DNA of 64,000 nt. It comes from Nannocystis sp. SCPEA4. GTDB lineage: Bacteria; Myxococcota_A; Polyangia; Nannocystales; Nannocystaceae. The first letter of the stretch is position 1. Every line of letters starts with the position of its first letter. A program made the translations under genes and the position numbers. Below are positions 19,094 to 29,505 of this stretch, piece after piece. The stretch lies in the NCBI RefSeq assembly GCF_026626685.1, contig NZ_JAPNJX010000001.1, positions 76,752 to 140,751 on the forward strand. The letters run 5' to 3'. The notes under the pieces were generated by a model, which ran no database searches, was not told the DNA's origin, and saw only the letters and a program-made list of their open reading frames with translations.

Positions 19094-19844
19094 GCACCTC
19101 GAGCAGCCCGGCCTCGAGCGCCGCCTTGTCGTAGTTGGCGAAGTCGAGGCCGCGGAAGAACGCGTCGTAGGTCTTGGCGACCGTCAGCGCCTTGCCGCCC
19201 GGCTCCTTGCCGGTGATCACGAGCGGGCGGCCTTCCACGGCGGTGCTCAGGTCGAGCTCGACGATCGCCGTCTGATTGGTCTCGAAGCCGAAGTTGGCGC
19301 CCTCGCTCTCGTTCGCCAGGTCTTTCGCCGTGCCGGCGAGGTAGACCGTGAGCCCCTCGATCGGCGCGTGGCCCTGGACCGCGTACGGCGTGTCGAACGC
19401 CTGCTCGGCCAGCGACGACTGGTAGCGGCCGTACTCGACGCGCAGCTTGCAATATGACCCTTCGGGCAGGTCGACCATGGCGAAGTCGACGAGGTCCTGG
19501 TCCTGCGCCAGCTGGTACTCGGGGAACGGACCGTAGGGCAGCTCGAAGTCGAAGCTCTCGCCGGCGCACGACTCGATCTGCGCCGCGGTCATCACGATCA
19601 CGCCCTCGGCCAGCGTGACCTCCCAGCCCTTGTCGTTGACGAACACGCGGGCGGCCTCGGGCTCGCCGAGATCCGGCAGAACTCCGTTCGCGTCGCGCGT
19701 ACCGTGGTGCGAGATGGCCAGCGAAACCTTCGTCGTCGGGTTCAACAGCGACTCGCAAGATGCCAGGCTCATCGTCGCCAGGGTCGCCAACACAACGCGT
19801 CGCGTGCTCCGCATCATCGTCATAAGTTGGGGCATCTTAGCCAT
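19050..19844 (-). CDS. Hypothetical lipoprotein
   Basis: Lipobox MSLASC and an ATG start; no family recognised. Confidence 0.5.
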   Translation of the reverse strand: MAKMPQLMTMMRSTRRVVLATLATMSLASCESLLNPTTKVSLAISHHGTRDANGVLPDLGEPEAARVFVNDKGWEVTLAEGVIVMTAAQIESCAGESFDFELPYGPFPEYQLAQDQDLVDFAMVDLPEGSYCKLRVEYGRYQSSLAEQAFDTPYAVQGHAPIEGLTVYLAGTAKDLANESEGANFGFETNQTAIVELDLSTAVEGRPLVITGKEPGGKALTVAKTYDAFFRGLDFANYDKAALEAGLLEVLKAETYVVVGPQVF

Positions 19845-19964
19845 GAACCCCTGTGACCCGGAACTACTCTTTCGCCAAAGCGTGTGCGCTAGCGGGTCAC
19901 GCGGGCGAACCTGCTCCGGCGACGCCGGCGCAGGACCCGACGGCGGACCGGCGCGGCCCCCGAG

Positions 19965-21905
19965 TCACGGTCCCGCGGGCCTGAGCCCGCGCCGCGGCCG
20001 CCTGCCGCCCGCGACATGCGACACGCTCGATGTACGCGACGCTCCTCCCTCCGGCGGCACCAGACACGAAGGTCCGTGGCCGATGAGAGCACCGCGACCG
20101 GCTCGCCGCAGCGCCTCGCGGGCGAGGTGATGCTGCGACTCGTCCCAATAAAGAAGGAGCGACTTCTGCAACTTCTTCTCGCGCAGCTCTTTCGCCGTGT
20201 AGACCGGCGCGCGCGTGAAGGGATCGCGACCCGTGTAGTACATGCAGGTCGCCATGCTCATCGGCGTGGGAATGAAGTCCTGCACCTGTCGCGGCCGGAC
20301 GCCCCGCGCCTTGAGCCATAGCGCAAGGTCGACCATGTCGTCGAGCGTGCTGCCCGGGTGCCCCGAAATGAAGTACGGCACCAAATGCTGATCCTTGCCG
20401 GCGGCCTCGCTCGCGCACGCGAACTGCTCGGCGAAGCGCTCGTAGCTGGCGACGCCCGGCTTCTTCATCCGCGCGAGCACCTCGTCCTTCACGTGCTCCG
20501 GAGCCACGGACAATTGTCCGCCGGTATGGTGTGTGGCGAGCTCGCGGATGAACGCCGGAGATCGTTCAGCCAGGTCGTAGCGAACACCCGACGCGATGAA
20601 CACGCGGCGCACACCCTCGGCCTGGCGCACCTTCTTCAGCAGGTCGACCAGCGGCGCGTGGTCGGTGTCGAGGTTCTCGCATACACCGGGGTGCACGCAC
20701 GACAGCTTCCGGCACGCGCGCTCGATCTCCTCGCTCTTGCAGCGCATGCGATACATGTTGGCCGTCGGCCCGCCGACGTCGGAGATCACCCCGCGGAAGT
20801 CGTCCATGCGGCGCAGCGCCCGGATCTCGCGCAGCACGCTCTCGGCCGAGCGCGACTGGATGATGCGGCCTTCATGCTCGGTGATCGAGCAGAACGTGCA
20901 GCCGCCGAAGCAGCCGCGCATCGTCACGATCGAGTGCTTGACCGTCTCGAACGCCGGGATCTTGCTGCCCTCGTACGTCCAGTGCGGCCGGCGCACGAAC
21001 GGCAGGTCGTACAGCTGATCCATGTCGCGCATGTCGAGCGGCAGCGCCGGCGGGTTGCAGTAGAGCGCCCGATCGCCGTGCGGCTGGATCAGCGGGCGTC
21101 CGTTGCCCGGGTTGGTCTCGTGCTGGAACGCCCGCGACATCTCGAGGAACGCGTCCTTGTCGGCGCTCACCTCCTCGAAGCTCGGCAGGTGCAGCGGCAG
21201 CCCGTCGCGCACGTAGCGGCTCTTCGGCAGGTGCTCCCACTGCCCCTTGGGCAGCATCACCGCGGTGCCGCGGATGTCGCGGATCGTGCTGATGTCTTCG
21301 CCGGCCTTGAGGCGCCGCGCGACCTCCCACACCGGCCGCTCGCCCATGCCGAAGATCAGCAGGTCGGCCTTGCTGTCGACCAGCACCGAGCGGCGCACCT
21401 GGTCGCTCCAGTAGTCGTAGTGGGCGATCCGCCGCAGGCTCGCCTCGATGCCGCCGAGCACCACCGGCAGCCCCGGGAACGCCTGCCGGGCCAGGTTCGC
21501 GTAGACGATGCTGGCGCGGTTCGGCCGCTGCTCGAGCGCGCCGTCGGGCGAGTACTGGTCCTCGCCGCGGACCTTCTTCTGCGCCGTCAGCTTGTTGAGC
21601 ATCGAGTCGAGGTTGCCCGCGGTGATGCCGACGAACAGCCGCGGCCGGCCCAGGCGTGAGATGTCCTTCGGGTCATCCCAGCGCGGCTGCGCGATCATCC
21701 CGACCCGCAGCCCGCGGCCCTCGAGGAACCGGCCGATCAGCGCCCCGCCGAACGCCGGGTGGTCGACGTACGCGTCGCCGTTGATGATGAGGACGTCGAG
21801 CTCGTCCCACCCGCGCGCGTCCATCTCCTCGCGGGTCATCGGCAGGAACCCCCGCAGGTCGCGCGGCGGCGCCGTCTTGCTGGCCCTGAGCTGGACGAGC
21901 GACAT
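19965..21905 (-). CDS. YgiQ-family radical SAM protein (UPF0313)
   Basis: CxxxCxxC-like radical SAM cluster ([12 protein letters not shown]) and YgiQ N- and C-terminal domains. Confidence 0.85.
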   Translation of the reverse strand: MSLVQLRASKTAPPRDLRGFLPMTREEMDARGWDELDVLIINGDAYVDHPAFGGALIGRFLEGRGLRVGMIAQPRWDDPKDISRLGRPRLFVGITAGNLDSMLNKLTAQKKVRGEDQYSPDGALEQRPNRASIVYANLARQAFPGLPVVLGGIEASLRRIAHYDYWSDQVRRSVLVDSKADLLIFGMGERPVWEVARRLKAGEDISTIRDIRGTAVMLPKGQWEHLPKSRYVRDGLPLHLPSFEEVSADKDAFLEMSRAFQHETNPGNGRPLIQPHGDRALYCNPPALPLDMRDMDQLYDLPFVRRPHWTYEGSKIPAFETVKHSIVTMRGCFGGCTFCSITEHEGRIIQSRSAESVLREIRALRRMDDFRGVISDVGGPTANMYRMRCKSEEIERACRKLSCVHPGVCENLDTDHAPLVDLLKKVRQAEGVRRVFIASGVRYDLAERSPAFIRELATHHTGGQLSVAPEHVKDEVLARMKKPGVASYERFAEQFACASEAAGKDQHLVPYFISGHPGSTLDDMVDLALWLKARGVRPRQVQDFIPTPMSMATCMYYTGRDPFTRAPVYTAKELREKKLQKSLLLYWDESQHHLAREALRRAGRGALIGHGPSCLVPPEGGASRTSSVSHVAGGRRPRRGLRPAGP

Positions 21906-22004
21906 GCGGCGAACACTAGTCGATCCGGCGCCGGCGCGCCCGCGCCAGCGCGTGCGCCACCTCTTGCCGCGGGCTTGCCCGGCCCCCCCGGCTTCCTCCT
22001 ATTA

Positions 22005-22781
22005 ATGCCTCGCATGACCGACGCGCCCGCCCTCGCCGCTCGCGGCCTGTCGCACCGGCTCGCCGATCGGGTCCTCTACGACGGCCTCGACCTCGACCTC
22101 CGCCGCGGCCGGATCTGCGTGGTCGCCGGCCCCAACGGCGCCGGCAAGTCGACCCTCCTGCGCACCCTCGCCGGCCTCGACCGTCCCCAGGCCGGCCGCA
22201 TCGAGCTGCTCGGCGACTCGCTCGCCGCCCTCTCGCCCGCTGCGCGCGCCCGCCGGCTGGCCTATTTGCCGCAGCACTGCCCGGCCGAGCCCGACCTGCT
22301 GGTCCGCGAGGTCGTCCTCCTCGGCCGCCTGCCCAACCTCCCGCGCTTCGGCCCGCCGCGCGACGTCGACGCCGCCGCCGCCGCCGCCGCCCTCGACCGG
22401 CTCGGCCTCGGCGCGTTCGCCGACAGGCCGGTCGGCCAGCTCAGCGGGGGCGAGCGCCAGCGCGTCATGCTCGCGCGCATGCTCGCTGCCGACGCCGCCG
22501 TCGTCATCCTCGACGAGCCGGCAGCCGGCCTCGACATCGGCCACGCGCTCGGCCTCTACCGTCACCTGCGGGCGCTCGCGGGCGAGGGCGTCGCCGTCCT
22601 CGTCGCCGAGCACGACCTCGACCTCGCCCGTCGCCACGCCGACGACGCCGTGCTCCTGGCCGCCGGCCGCGCCCGCGTCGGCCCCTGCAGCGCCGTCTTC
22701 AGCCCCGAGCACCTCGGCGCCGCGTTCGGCGTGATCGCCCGCGAGCGAGACGGCCGCCTGTGGTTCGAGGCGTCCACGTAG
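22005..22781 (+). CDS. ABC transporter ATP-binding protein (FecE/FhuC-like), orphan
   Basis: Walker A GPNGAGKST, signature LSGGERQRV, Walker B ILDEP. No cognate permease adjacent. Confidence 0.8.
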   Translation: MPRMTDAPALAARGLSHRLADRVLYDGLDLDLRRGRICVVAGPNGAGKSTLLRTLAGLDRPQAGRIELLGDSLAALSPAARARRLAYLPQHCPAEPDLLVREVVLLGRLPNLPRFGPPRDVDAAAAAAALDRLGLGAFADRPVGQLSGGERQRVMLARMLAADAAVVILDEPAAGLDIGHALGLYRHLRALAGEGVAVLVAEHDLDLARRHADDAVLLAAGRARVGPCSAVFSPEHLGAAFGVIARERDGRLWFEAST

Positions 22782-23049
22782 CGACACGCCGGCGAGCCGC
22801 GAAGACGAAGCCGCGCATGCCGAACATGGTTCGCAACCCTGACACCGTCGAACGTCGATCCATTCGCAGGCGCTGACAGGCCGGCGAGCCGCGAAGAAGC
22901 GGCGGCCGTCCAACATCGTTCGCCGCGACACACGAGGCCTCGCGACCCGCTCATGGGCTCGCGCGACGACAGTCGCGCGAACGAAGTCAACCACGCAATT
23001 GTTCTTCGTACAGCTGTCACTTTCTCCTGTCGCCCTCAAGGAGCCGCCG

Positions 23050-24936
23050 ATGTCCGCGCGAACCGAGCCGAATTATGCCCGCTCACTGCTCGTCAACTGC
23101 ATGACCGTCTCGCTCGCCGCGCTGGTCCTCGCGTGCGAGCCCGCCGACGCTGCCGGCGATCCGGGAGCTCTCATCGACGTCGTCATGACCGGCCGCGTCG
23201 GCGTCGTCCTCGACGAGTTCCCCGCGGGCTCGCGCGACCGCGCCGCCGAGCTGTTCCTCGCCAAGCCGCTCGCGTTCTGGGAGGCGCGTGCGCGCCGGCA
23301 GACGCGCATGACCAACTACCGCCTCGCCTTCCGTCAGTTCTTCCACGACGACAAGTTGCAGCTGCCGCTCCCGCCCGACGCCGGCCTTCACTACGAGTTC
23401 GCCGGCGACGGCGCGCGCCGTGACAGCGTCGACGGCCACGACGTCGTCGTCATCGACTACACCCTCACCGGCACTCTCCTCGGCGACGTCGCCTCGATCC
23501 CCGCCTCCGAGCCCGCGCTCGTCGACGTCGGCGGCACCTGGGAGGAGCCCTTCGTCCTCCCGCTCGACCCCGAGTACCTGCGCCAGCGCACCGGCTACGC
23601 CTGCGTCGACGAGGAGGACTTCCCGCCCGACTCCTCGGACGAGGAGAACATCGCCGACTTCTTCGATCACGAGTGCGACGTCGAGGTCGCGCCCGACTAC
23701 GCCTGTCACCTCAGCGAGCCGCGGCCGACCGAGTCGTGCGTCGACGCGCTGCACGACCACGTCGGCGCCGTCGACACCGTCGTCCGCTTCGAGCGGCGCG
23801 CCTGGGATCCGCAGCGCGCCGACGAGGTGCGCCTCGGCGAGGTCACCACCCCCGACGCGCCCGACCTCGCCGTCGTCGGCGACGTCATCGGCAGCTCCGC
23901 CCGCCTCGTCTACCGCTACATCGCCCCCGACAGCTGCACCATGCGCGAGGGCTGCGTCGGCGGGTCCGGCTGGCGCCGCCTGCTGCAGTTCGACGCCAGC
24001 GTGCAGAACGTCGGCGGCGCCGACCTCCACCTCGGTGAGGTCGACTACTACGGCGAGGGCGTCGACGGCGAGCTCGCCGCCCACAACATCTACGAGTACA
24101 GCGACTGCCACCAGCACTATCACTTCCGTTTCTACGGCGACTTCGCCTACGCCACCGACGAGCACGCCGAGGGCTTCAAGCAGTCGTTCTGCCTGCAGAC
24201 CACCTCGCGCGCCGGCAACCACGAGAAGAGCCCGCTCAACACCCCCTACGGCAGCTGCGACTACCAGGGCATCGCCGCCGGCTGGGGCGACGACTACATC
24301 GCCGGCCTCGACTGTCAGTGGGTCGACGTCACCGACGTCGCCGTCCCGGGCGCCTCCGTCACCGCCCCGCTGGTCTTCACCTCCAACCCCGATCGCTTCC
24401 TCTGCGAGGGCGCCCCCGTGCTCGACGACGCCGGCGCCCGCCGCTACGAGCCCACCGACCTCAGGACCGAGACCGGCGCCGCCATCGAGCGGCCCATGTG
24501 CGAGTTCAGCAGCGGCTGGGACGGCAACAACGTCGGCGAGCGTCCGGTCGAGATCCCCGCCGTCGGCAGCTACGTCACCGCCGCCTGCGACCGCGAGCAG
24601 GAGGGCCCGCTGCGCAACTGCGGCTTCGCCGAGCAGACCGCCGCCATCGCCTGCAACGCCGGCGAGACCGTCGAGCTCGGGTGCACGATCCCCGCCGGCG
24701 CCGCGCCTATGGCCGTGCGCGTGTGCCCCGTCAGCGCCGTCCTCGGCGTCCCGCTCGCGTGCACGTACGTCCACGCGCTCGGAACCGGCGTCGTCGACGA
24801 CGGCGCCATGACCACCGTCCGCTTCACCTGCCCCGCCCCGCTCGCCGCCGACGAGCCCGGCGGCGAGGTCTCCCTGTTCACCGCCCCGCTCCTGCGCAGC
24901 GACCCGGGCGTCGAGGTCGCGTGCATGCCGCTGTGA
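23050..24936 (+). CDS. Lysyl oxidase-like copper amine oxidase lipoprotein
   Basis: Lipobox LVLAC. LOX catalytic-domain motifs CHQHYH, GFKQSFCLQTTS (cf. GHKASFCLEDTS) and DCQWVDVTDV (cf. DCQWIDITDV). RBS ggag before the ATG. Confidence 0.75.
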   Translation: MSARTEPNYARSLLVNCMTVSLAALVLACEPADAAGDPGALIDVVMTGRVGVVLDEFPAGSRDRAAELFLAKPLAFWEARARRQTRMTNYRLAFRQFFHDDKLQLPLPPDAGLHYEFAGDGARRDSVDGHDVVVIDYTLTGTLLGDVASIPASEPALVDVGGTWEEPFVLPLDPEYLRQRTGYACVDEEDFPPDSSDEENIADFFDHECDVEVAPDYACHLSEPRPTESCVDALHDHVGAVDTVVRFERRAWDPQRADEVRLGEVTTPDAPDLAVVGDVIGSSARLVYRYIAPDSCTMREGCVGGSGWRRLLQFDASVQNVGGADLHLGEVDYYGEGVDGELAAHNIYEYSDCHQHYHFRFYGDFAYATDEHAEGFKQSFCLQTTSRAGNHEKSPLNTPYGSCDYQGIAAGWGDDYIAGLDCQWVDVTDVAVPGASVTAPLVFTSNPDRFLCEGAPVLDDAGARRYEPTDLRTETGAAIERPMCEFSSGWDGNNVGERPVEIPAVGSYVTAACDREQEGPLRNCGFAEQTAAIACNAGETVELGCTIPAGAAPMAVRVCPVSAVLGVPLACTYVHALGTGVVDDGAMTTVRFTCPAPLAADEPGGEVSLFTAPLLRSDPGVEVACMPL

Positions 24937-24938
24937 CA

Positions 24939-24984
24939 CGTGTTCTTCAAGACATGTTCAAAAGAGCATGTCTTGAAGAACACG
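24939..24984 (+). terminator. Perfect 18-bp inverted repeat cgtgttcttcaagacatg/catgtcttgaagaacacg with 10-nt loop between the LOX gene and the next gene; hairpin terminator/attenuator or operator
   Basis: Arms are exact reverse complements. The element is AT-richer than its context and contains the recurring AAGACATG motif. Confidence 0.5.
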
Positions 24985-24992
24985 CCCATACC

Positions 24993-26117
24993 ATGCCCCA
25001 CCGCGAGCGAGCCGCCTCCCCGCCGCTCGCGCTCCTCGTCCTCCTGTTCACGGCCCTGCCCGCCGTCCCCGCCCGCGCCGGCAACCCCGTCCGCCCGCGC
25101 ACCCCCGTCGTCCACCTCGACGAGGCCTGCCTCGTCACCCTCGATCGCGCCGTCACGCCCACCGCCGCGCTCGCGTACACGATCCCGTACGAGGACACCT
25201 GCGACCTCCCCCACGCCGCGCCGACCCACCAGTTCTTCGCCCTCTGCCGCGCGCTCGCCCCCGGCGAGTCACTCCCGCAGTGGCTGTCCGACCTCGACCT
25301 GCACGCCGCCCTCACGACCGGCGTCCTCCTCCCGCCCGTCGTGCCCGTCGACATCGTCGCCTTCAACCCCGAGTGGTCGGGCTGCATCACCCGGATCGCC
25401 GCCCCCCGCGCGATCGACTGCGAAGCCGCCCGCGAGCCCGTCCTCTGGGATCTTCACGACATGTCCCCCGGGACATACGCCGTCGCGGCCTACACCTTCC
25501 ACCCGCCCGCCAACCTGTGGACCCCGCGCCGCGGCCTGTTCCGGATCGTCGACAGCGCCGCCGGCGAGCTGCCTCCTGCCGCCGCGTTCGCCAACCGCGA
25601 GACCTTCGTGTACGAAGGCGAGGCGCTCGACCTCGAGGTCTGCGTCGGCGCCGAGCCGGGCGCCACCGCCGACCTCGCCTACGCCCTGCACGCCGCCCCC
25701 GACACCTGGTTCCCGATCGCCGCCGACCTGCCGATCGCCGGCGATCGCCTGCACGTCCCGTGGGACCCGCCCCCCGAGCTCGCCGCCACCGAGCTCCACC
25801 TGCGCGTCTACATCCGCGACCTGTCCGGGCGCACCGCCACCGCCGTCGCCCCGGAGCTTGTCCACATCCTCGCGGTCCCCGGCGAGAGCGTCGAGCCGTC
25901 CATCCCCGACCCCGCGCCCGACATCTGCCGCCCCCCCGGCCAGGAGCTGCCCGCCGTCGACTGCGAGGATCGTTCCGGCACCGACGGACAGGTCCACGAG
26001 GACATGTCCATCAAGACATCCTGCAACCTCGCCGTCGCCAGTCCGCCCCCGCTGCTGGCCTTGCTCCTGCTCGTCCGCCGCCGCCGAGCGCCGGCGCGCC
26101 GGCACCTGGCAAAATAG
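24993..26117 (+). CDS. Secreted hypothetical protein with MYXO-CTERM tail
   Basis: Signal peptide LALLVLLFTALPAVPARAG. C-terminus CNLAVASPPPLLALLLLVRRRR. Confidence 0.6.
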   Translation: MPHRERAASPPLALLVLLFTALPAVPARAGNPVRPRTPVVHLDEACLVTLDRAVTPTAALAYTIPYEDTCDLPHAAPTHQFFALCRALAPGESLPQWLSDLDLHAALTTGVLLPPVVPVDIVAFNPEWSGCITRIAAPRAIDCEAAREPVLWDLHDMSPGTYAVAAYTFHPPANLWTPRRGLFRIVDSAAGELPPAAAFANRETFVYEGEALDLEVCVGAEPGATADLAYALHAAPDTWFPIAADLPIAGDRLHVPWDPPPELAATELHLRVYIRDLSGRTATAVAPELVHILAVPGESVEPSIPDPAPDICRPPGQELPAVDCEDRSGTDGQVHEDMSIKTSCNLAVASPPPLLALLLLVRRRRAPARRHLAK

Positions 26118-26155
26118 TTCGACGACACCCGCCGGTGCCGGGGACTTCACAGGTC

Positions 26156-26806
26156 ATGACCGCCTCGCGCCACCCATCTCTCGCCCTATTCCTCGTCCTC
26201 GTCACCGTGGCCCCCGCCTGCGTGCTCACCCCCGAGCTAGTCGGCGAGACGCTCACCGAGGGCGGGGACTCCGCCACGACCACCTCCGCCGGCACTGCGG
26301 CGAGCGTCACGATCACCACCGCCACGGACTCCGCCGGTCAACCGAATCCGCTGCTCTACGGCCAGCCGTGCGAGCTCGTCGCCGAGGTGTGGGAAGAGAC
26401 CGCCGACCCGCCCGACGAGGACGACGTGGCTCAGCCGATGGCCTCCGCGCTGTCGGTGAGCGAGCAGTGCGTGTCCGGCATGTGCCTCCTGATTTACGAC
26501 GACTACCAGCTGATCGACTGCGAGACCGACGCCGACTGCGGCAAGCCCGAGCTCATCTGCGCCGGCTCCGGCCACTGCGCGCTGGCGCCCGAGTACGTCG
26601 CCGAGCACACCCGCTGCACCCAGGCCTGCGAGACCGCCGCCGACTGCCCGGACATCCCGGGCTGCCAGACGGGTGTCTCCTGTGTGATCGTCAGCCGCCT
26701 CGGCGCCAATTGCTGCCGACCCGTGTGCGCGTGCAACGACCAGCTCAGCGTCGGTCGCAGCGAGGAGCTCGCCGCCATCTGCGCCTACGACCCCGAGTGC
26801 CCCTGA
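26156..26806 (+). CDS. Cys-rich secreted lipoprotein
   Basis: Lipobox TVAPAC, a Thr-rich linker, and 16 Cys in the C-terminal domain. Confidence 0.55.
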   Translation: MTASRHPSLALFLVLVTVAPACVLTPELVGETLTEGGDSATTTSAGTAASVTITTATDSAGQPNPLLYGQPCELVAEVWEETADPPDEDDVAQPMASALSVSEQCVSGMCLLIYDDYQLIDCETDADCGKPELICAGSGHCALAPEYVAEHTRCTQACETAADCPDIPGCQTGVSCVIVSRLGANCCRPVCACNDQLSVGRSEELAAICAYDPECP

Positions 26807-26861
26807 CGCCTGCGACCCGGGAGGCGGCCGAGGACCTCGTGCCGCCGTCGCTCGGCCTGCA

Positions 26862-26978
26862 CTCTCGGACATGTCCTCGACAACATGCCATGCCCTGGCC
26901 TCGCGCCCGCGCCCGCGCCCGCACGACACGAGCCCGCGACTCGCCTGCACTCCCGGACATGTCCTCGACAGCATGTCC
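26862..26978. repeat. Two direct copies of ctc(t/c)cggacatgtcctcgaca(a/g)catg in the 226-bp spacer before mqnD
   Basis: The copies start at ~26866 and ~26949 and each contains the GGACATGTCC palindrome. Confidence 0.45.
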
Positions 26979-27032
26979 CGCCGCGCCTCTCGCCCTCGGG
27001 TCTGCGCGGCAGCCCCGGCGCCCGGCATCGCC

Positions 27033-27857
27033 TCAGCGCGGCAAGAGCCCCGCCGCCTGCCCGCGCGCGCGCAGCTCGGCCAGCGCCGCCGCGCCCTCGG
27101 CCCCCATGTCGCGCGAGAACTGATTGACGTAGAGGGCGATGTGCTGCCGGCACACCTCGTCGCTCAGCTCCTGCGAATGCGCCTTGACGAACGGCCACGC
27201 CGCGGCCGGGTCGGCCTCCGCCGCCGCGATCGAGCGGGCGATCCCCTCCTCGACCGCGCGCACCTGCCAGGCCGGCAGCGAGCGGTGGGCCGCGATCACC
27301 CCGAGCGGCAGCGGCAGCCCCGTGGCCGCCTCCCACACCTCGCCAAGGTCCGCCACCTGCACCAGCCCGTGGTCGCGGAACACGAACCGCGCCTCGTGGA
27401 TCACCAGCCCCGCGTCGACCTCGCCGGCCGCGACCGCCGGCATGATGCGATCGAAGCGCATCGGCACCACCTTCGCCGACGCCGGGGCGAAGCAGCGCAG
27501 CAGCAGGTGCGCCGTCGTGTACGCGCCCGGGATGGCGATCGTCCGTCCCTCGAGCGCCTCGAGCTCGCCCGCCGCGCGCGCGACCACCAGCGGCCCGCAG
27601 CCGCGGCCCAGCGCCGCACCTGTCCGCAAGACCATGTAGTTGTGCTCGACCCAGAACAACCCGTGCGCGCTCAGCTTCGTCACCGGCAGCGGCTCCTCGC
27701 CGGCCAGCGCGCGCTCGTTGAGCGCCTCGATGTCGGCCAGCCACGGCAGCGGCCGCAGCCCCGGCACGAACTCCGGCACGCGCACCAGCGCGTCGAACAT
27801 CCACGTGTCGTTCGGACACGGCGAGAACCCGATCGGCAGCGGTTCGCTCGCGCTCAT
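27033..27857 (-). CDS. mqnD: 1,4-dihydroxy-6-naphthoate synthase (futalosine pathway)
   Basis: MqnA/MqnD periplasmic-binding-like fold family, ~274 aa with conserved N-terminal IGFSPCPNDT. Confidence 0.75.
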   Translation of the reverse strand: MSASEPLPIGFSPCPNDTWMFDALVRVPEFVPGLRPLPWLADIEALNERALAGEEPLPVTKLSAHGLFWVEHNYMVLRTGAALGRGCGPLVVARAAGELEALEGRTIAIPGAYTTAHLLLRCFAPASAKVVPMRFDRIMPAVAAGEVDAGLVIHEARFVFRDHGLVQVADLGEVWEAATGLPLPLGVIAAHRSLPAWQVRAVEEGIARSIAAAEADPAAAWPFVKAHSQELSDEVCRQHIALYVNQFSRDMGAEGAAALAELRARGQAAGLLPR

Positions 27858-28501
27858 CTCATCCCCCAGTTCGCGGCCTCCAGCCGCCTCAACGCCTCTT
27901 GCACCCCGGTCACCGCGCGCGGCAGATCCCAGCCGCCCGCGGCCCGTCGTCCGGTCCGGTTGCTGACGCAGCGCAGCTGGACCCACGGCACGCCCGCGCG
28001 CCCGCACGCCCACGCCACCGCCGCGCCCTCCATCGTCTCGACCGTCGCCCCCGTCAGGGTCGCCAGCTCGCGCGAGCGCGGGTCGGTCCCGCTGCACGCG
28101 CTGACCGTCGCCCCGCGCACGATCGGCGCCCCGAGCACCCGGGCCGCCGCCGCCGAGCGCTCCGCGTCGGCGTGAAACGGCCCGTTCGACCCCAGCCCCA
28201 GCTGCGACAGCGGCAGGAACCCGTCGTCGGTCGCCACCCCCTCGTCGGCGAGCCACTCGTCGCCGACCAGGCACACGTCGCCGACGTCCAGCCTGCCCCC
28301 CGGGCCATGTCCCTCGGGATAGGCGCCGCAGACCCCGAACAGCAGCACCCACGCCGGCCGGCGCTCGTGCAGCGCCGCGGTCATGGCCACCGCCGCGGCC
28401 ACCTTGCCGACGCCGAGGCGCAGCGCCGAGGGCAGCCCGCGGCCCTCGACCTCGGCGGCGCAGACGAGCAGCGGCGGGGTCACGACCACACGATAGCGCA
28501 C
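27854..28501 (-). CDS. mqnB: Futalosine hydrolase (MTA/SAH-nucleosidase family)
   Basis: PNP/MTAN fold motifs (ETMEGAAVAWAC). Probable GTG start. The 4-bp overlap with mqnD points to an operon. Confidence 0.65.
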   Translation of the reverse strand: MRYRVVVTPPLLVCAAEVEGRGLPSALRLGVGKVAAAVAMTAALHERRPAWVLLFGVCGAYPEGHGPGGRLDVGDVCLVGDEWLADEGVATDDGFLPLSQLGLGSNGPFHADAERSAAAARVLGAPIVRGATVSACSGTDPRSRELATLTGATVETMEGAAVAWACGRAGVPWVQLRCVSNRTGRRAAGGWDLPRAVTGVQEALRRLEAANWGMR

Positions 28502-28590
28502 CTCGACGCGCGACCCACCGGTGACGCCCCGACCACCGCGATTCGGGGAGCAATTTCTTAAACGCACGGTCAAACGTCCGCGGCAACTAC

Positions 28591-28606
28591 TTACTCGCGC
28601 GAGTAA
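28591..28606. promoter_or_regulatory. Perfect 16-bp palindrome TTACTCGCGCGAGTAA in the divergent mqnB / lipid-operon promoter region; candidate operator
   Basis: Exact palindrome ~200 bp upstream of the HAD gene start. Confidence 0.3.
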
Positions 28607-28799
28607 ACATCTCGGGCCTTCGCTAGCCTCGCCGCCAAAGCCCGCCGAACGGCCACCAAGGCCTCGTCGCCGCCGATCCTGCGCACCCCGGTGCACGCGT
28701 AAAACGGCGTGCGCAGCGGCCTTCGCAGGCATCTCCGTCAGCTTGGGAATGCTTGTAACGCTGGCCTCGGGTGCGCTAACTAGGCCGCGAGTCTGGTCG

Positions 28800-29477
28800 A
28801 TGACACAAACCAACACGGCAGCATTCGTCCGCGTCGAAGGCATCCTGCTCGCCCGCGGCGTGCTCAGCGCGGCGGCCTACCTGGCCGCCAACGCCAAGAA
28901 GTTCGGCGAGCGGGCGCTGCGCCTCGGCCTCGTCGGTCTGGCCGCTCCGGTCCACCGCTTGCTCGGCCAGACCGACCGCGCGCTGGCCCACCGTCTGGCC
29001 CACCTCGCCATCCGCGGCATGAGCCGCGACCGCGTCGAGGTCCTGTGCGAGGAGTACGCCGAGGATGTCCTGAAGGACACCATCCTCGATCAGGGCCTCG
29101 AGCTGCTCAAGCGGCTGCAGGCCGAGGGACGGCGGGTCGTGCTGCTGTCCGACAGCATCGAGCCGATCATGAAGCCGCTCGCGCGTCACCTCAAGCACTA
29201 CGACGAGCTCGTCTTCAACCACATCGAGTTCGAGGACGACGAGGCGACCGGCAGGCTGCTCGATCCGGTCATCGGCTCCAACGTCGGCGGCCGCTGGCTC
29301 GACGACTACGCGGCCGTGCACAAGCTCGAGCTCGCCCGCTGCTCGGCCTACGGCGCCCACGGCCCCGACATGCTGCTGCTCTCGCGCGTCGGCAAGCCGT
29401 GCGCCGTCAACCCCGACTTCGTCCTGCGCCGCAGCGCCAAGGACGCCGACTGGCCGATCATCGACTATCGCGACTGA
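28800..29477 (+). CDS. HAD-superfamily hydrolase, subfamily IB (phosphatase)
   Basis: HAD-IB architecture; the ORF track shows LLSDSIEPIMKP and a D-rich C-terminal motif. Confidence 0.65.
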   Translation: MTQTNTAAFVRVEGILLARGVLSAAAYLAANAKKFGERALRLGLVGLAAPVHRLLGQTDRALAHRLAHLAIRGMSRDRVEVLCEEYAEDVLKDTILDQGLELLKRLQAEGRRVVLLSDSIEPIMKPLARHLKHYDELVFNHIEFEDDEATGRLLDPVIGSNVGGRWLDDYAAVHKLELARCSAYGAHGPDMLLLSRVGKPCAVNPDFVLRRSAKDADWPIIDYRD

Positions 29478-29505
29478 CCTTACGGACAGGAACCGGAGGA
29501 CACCC

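Noticed and set aside
22005-22781. Possibility that the orphan ABC ATPase pairs with the ADOP permease at 48341
   Set aside because: They are 25 kb apart, on different transcription units, and the ATPase is FecE/FhuC-like (import type) whereas ADOP/MacB permeases pair with MacB-type ATPase domains. No support in this window.
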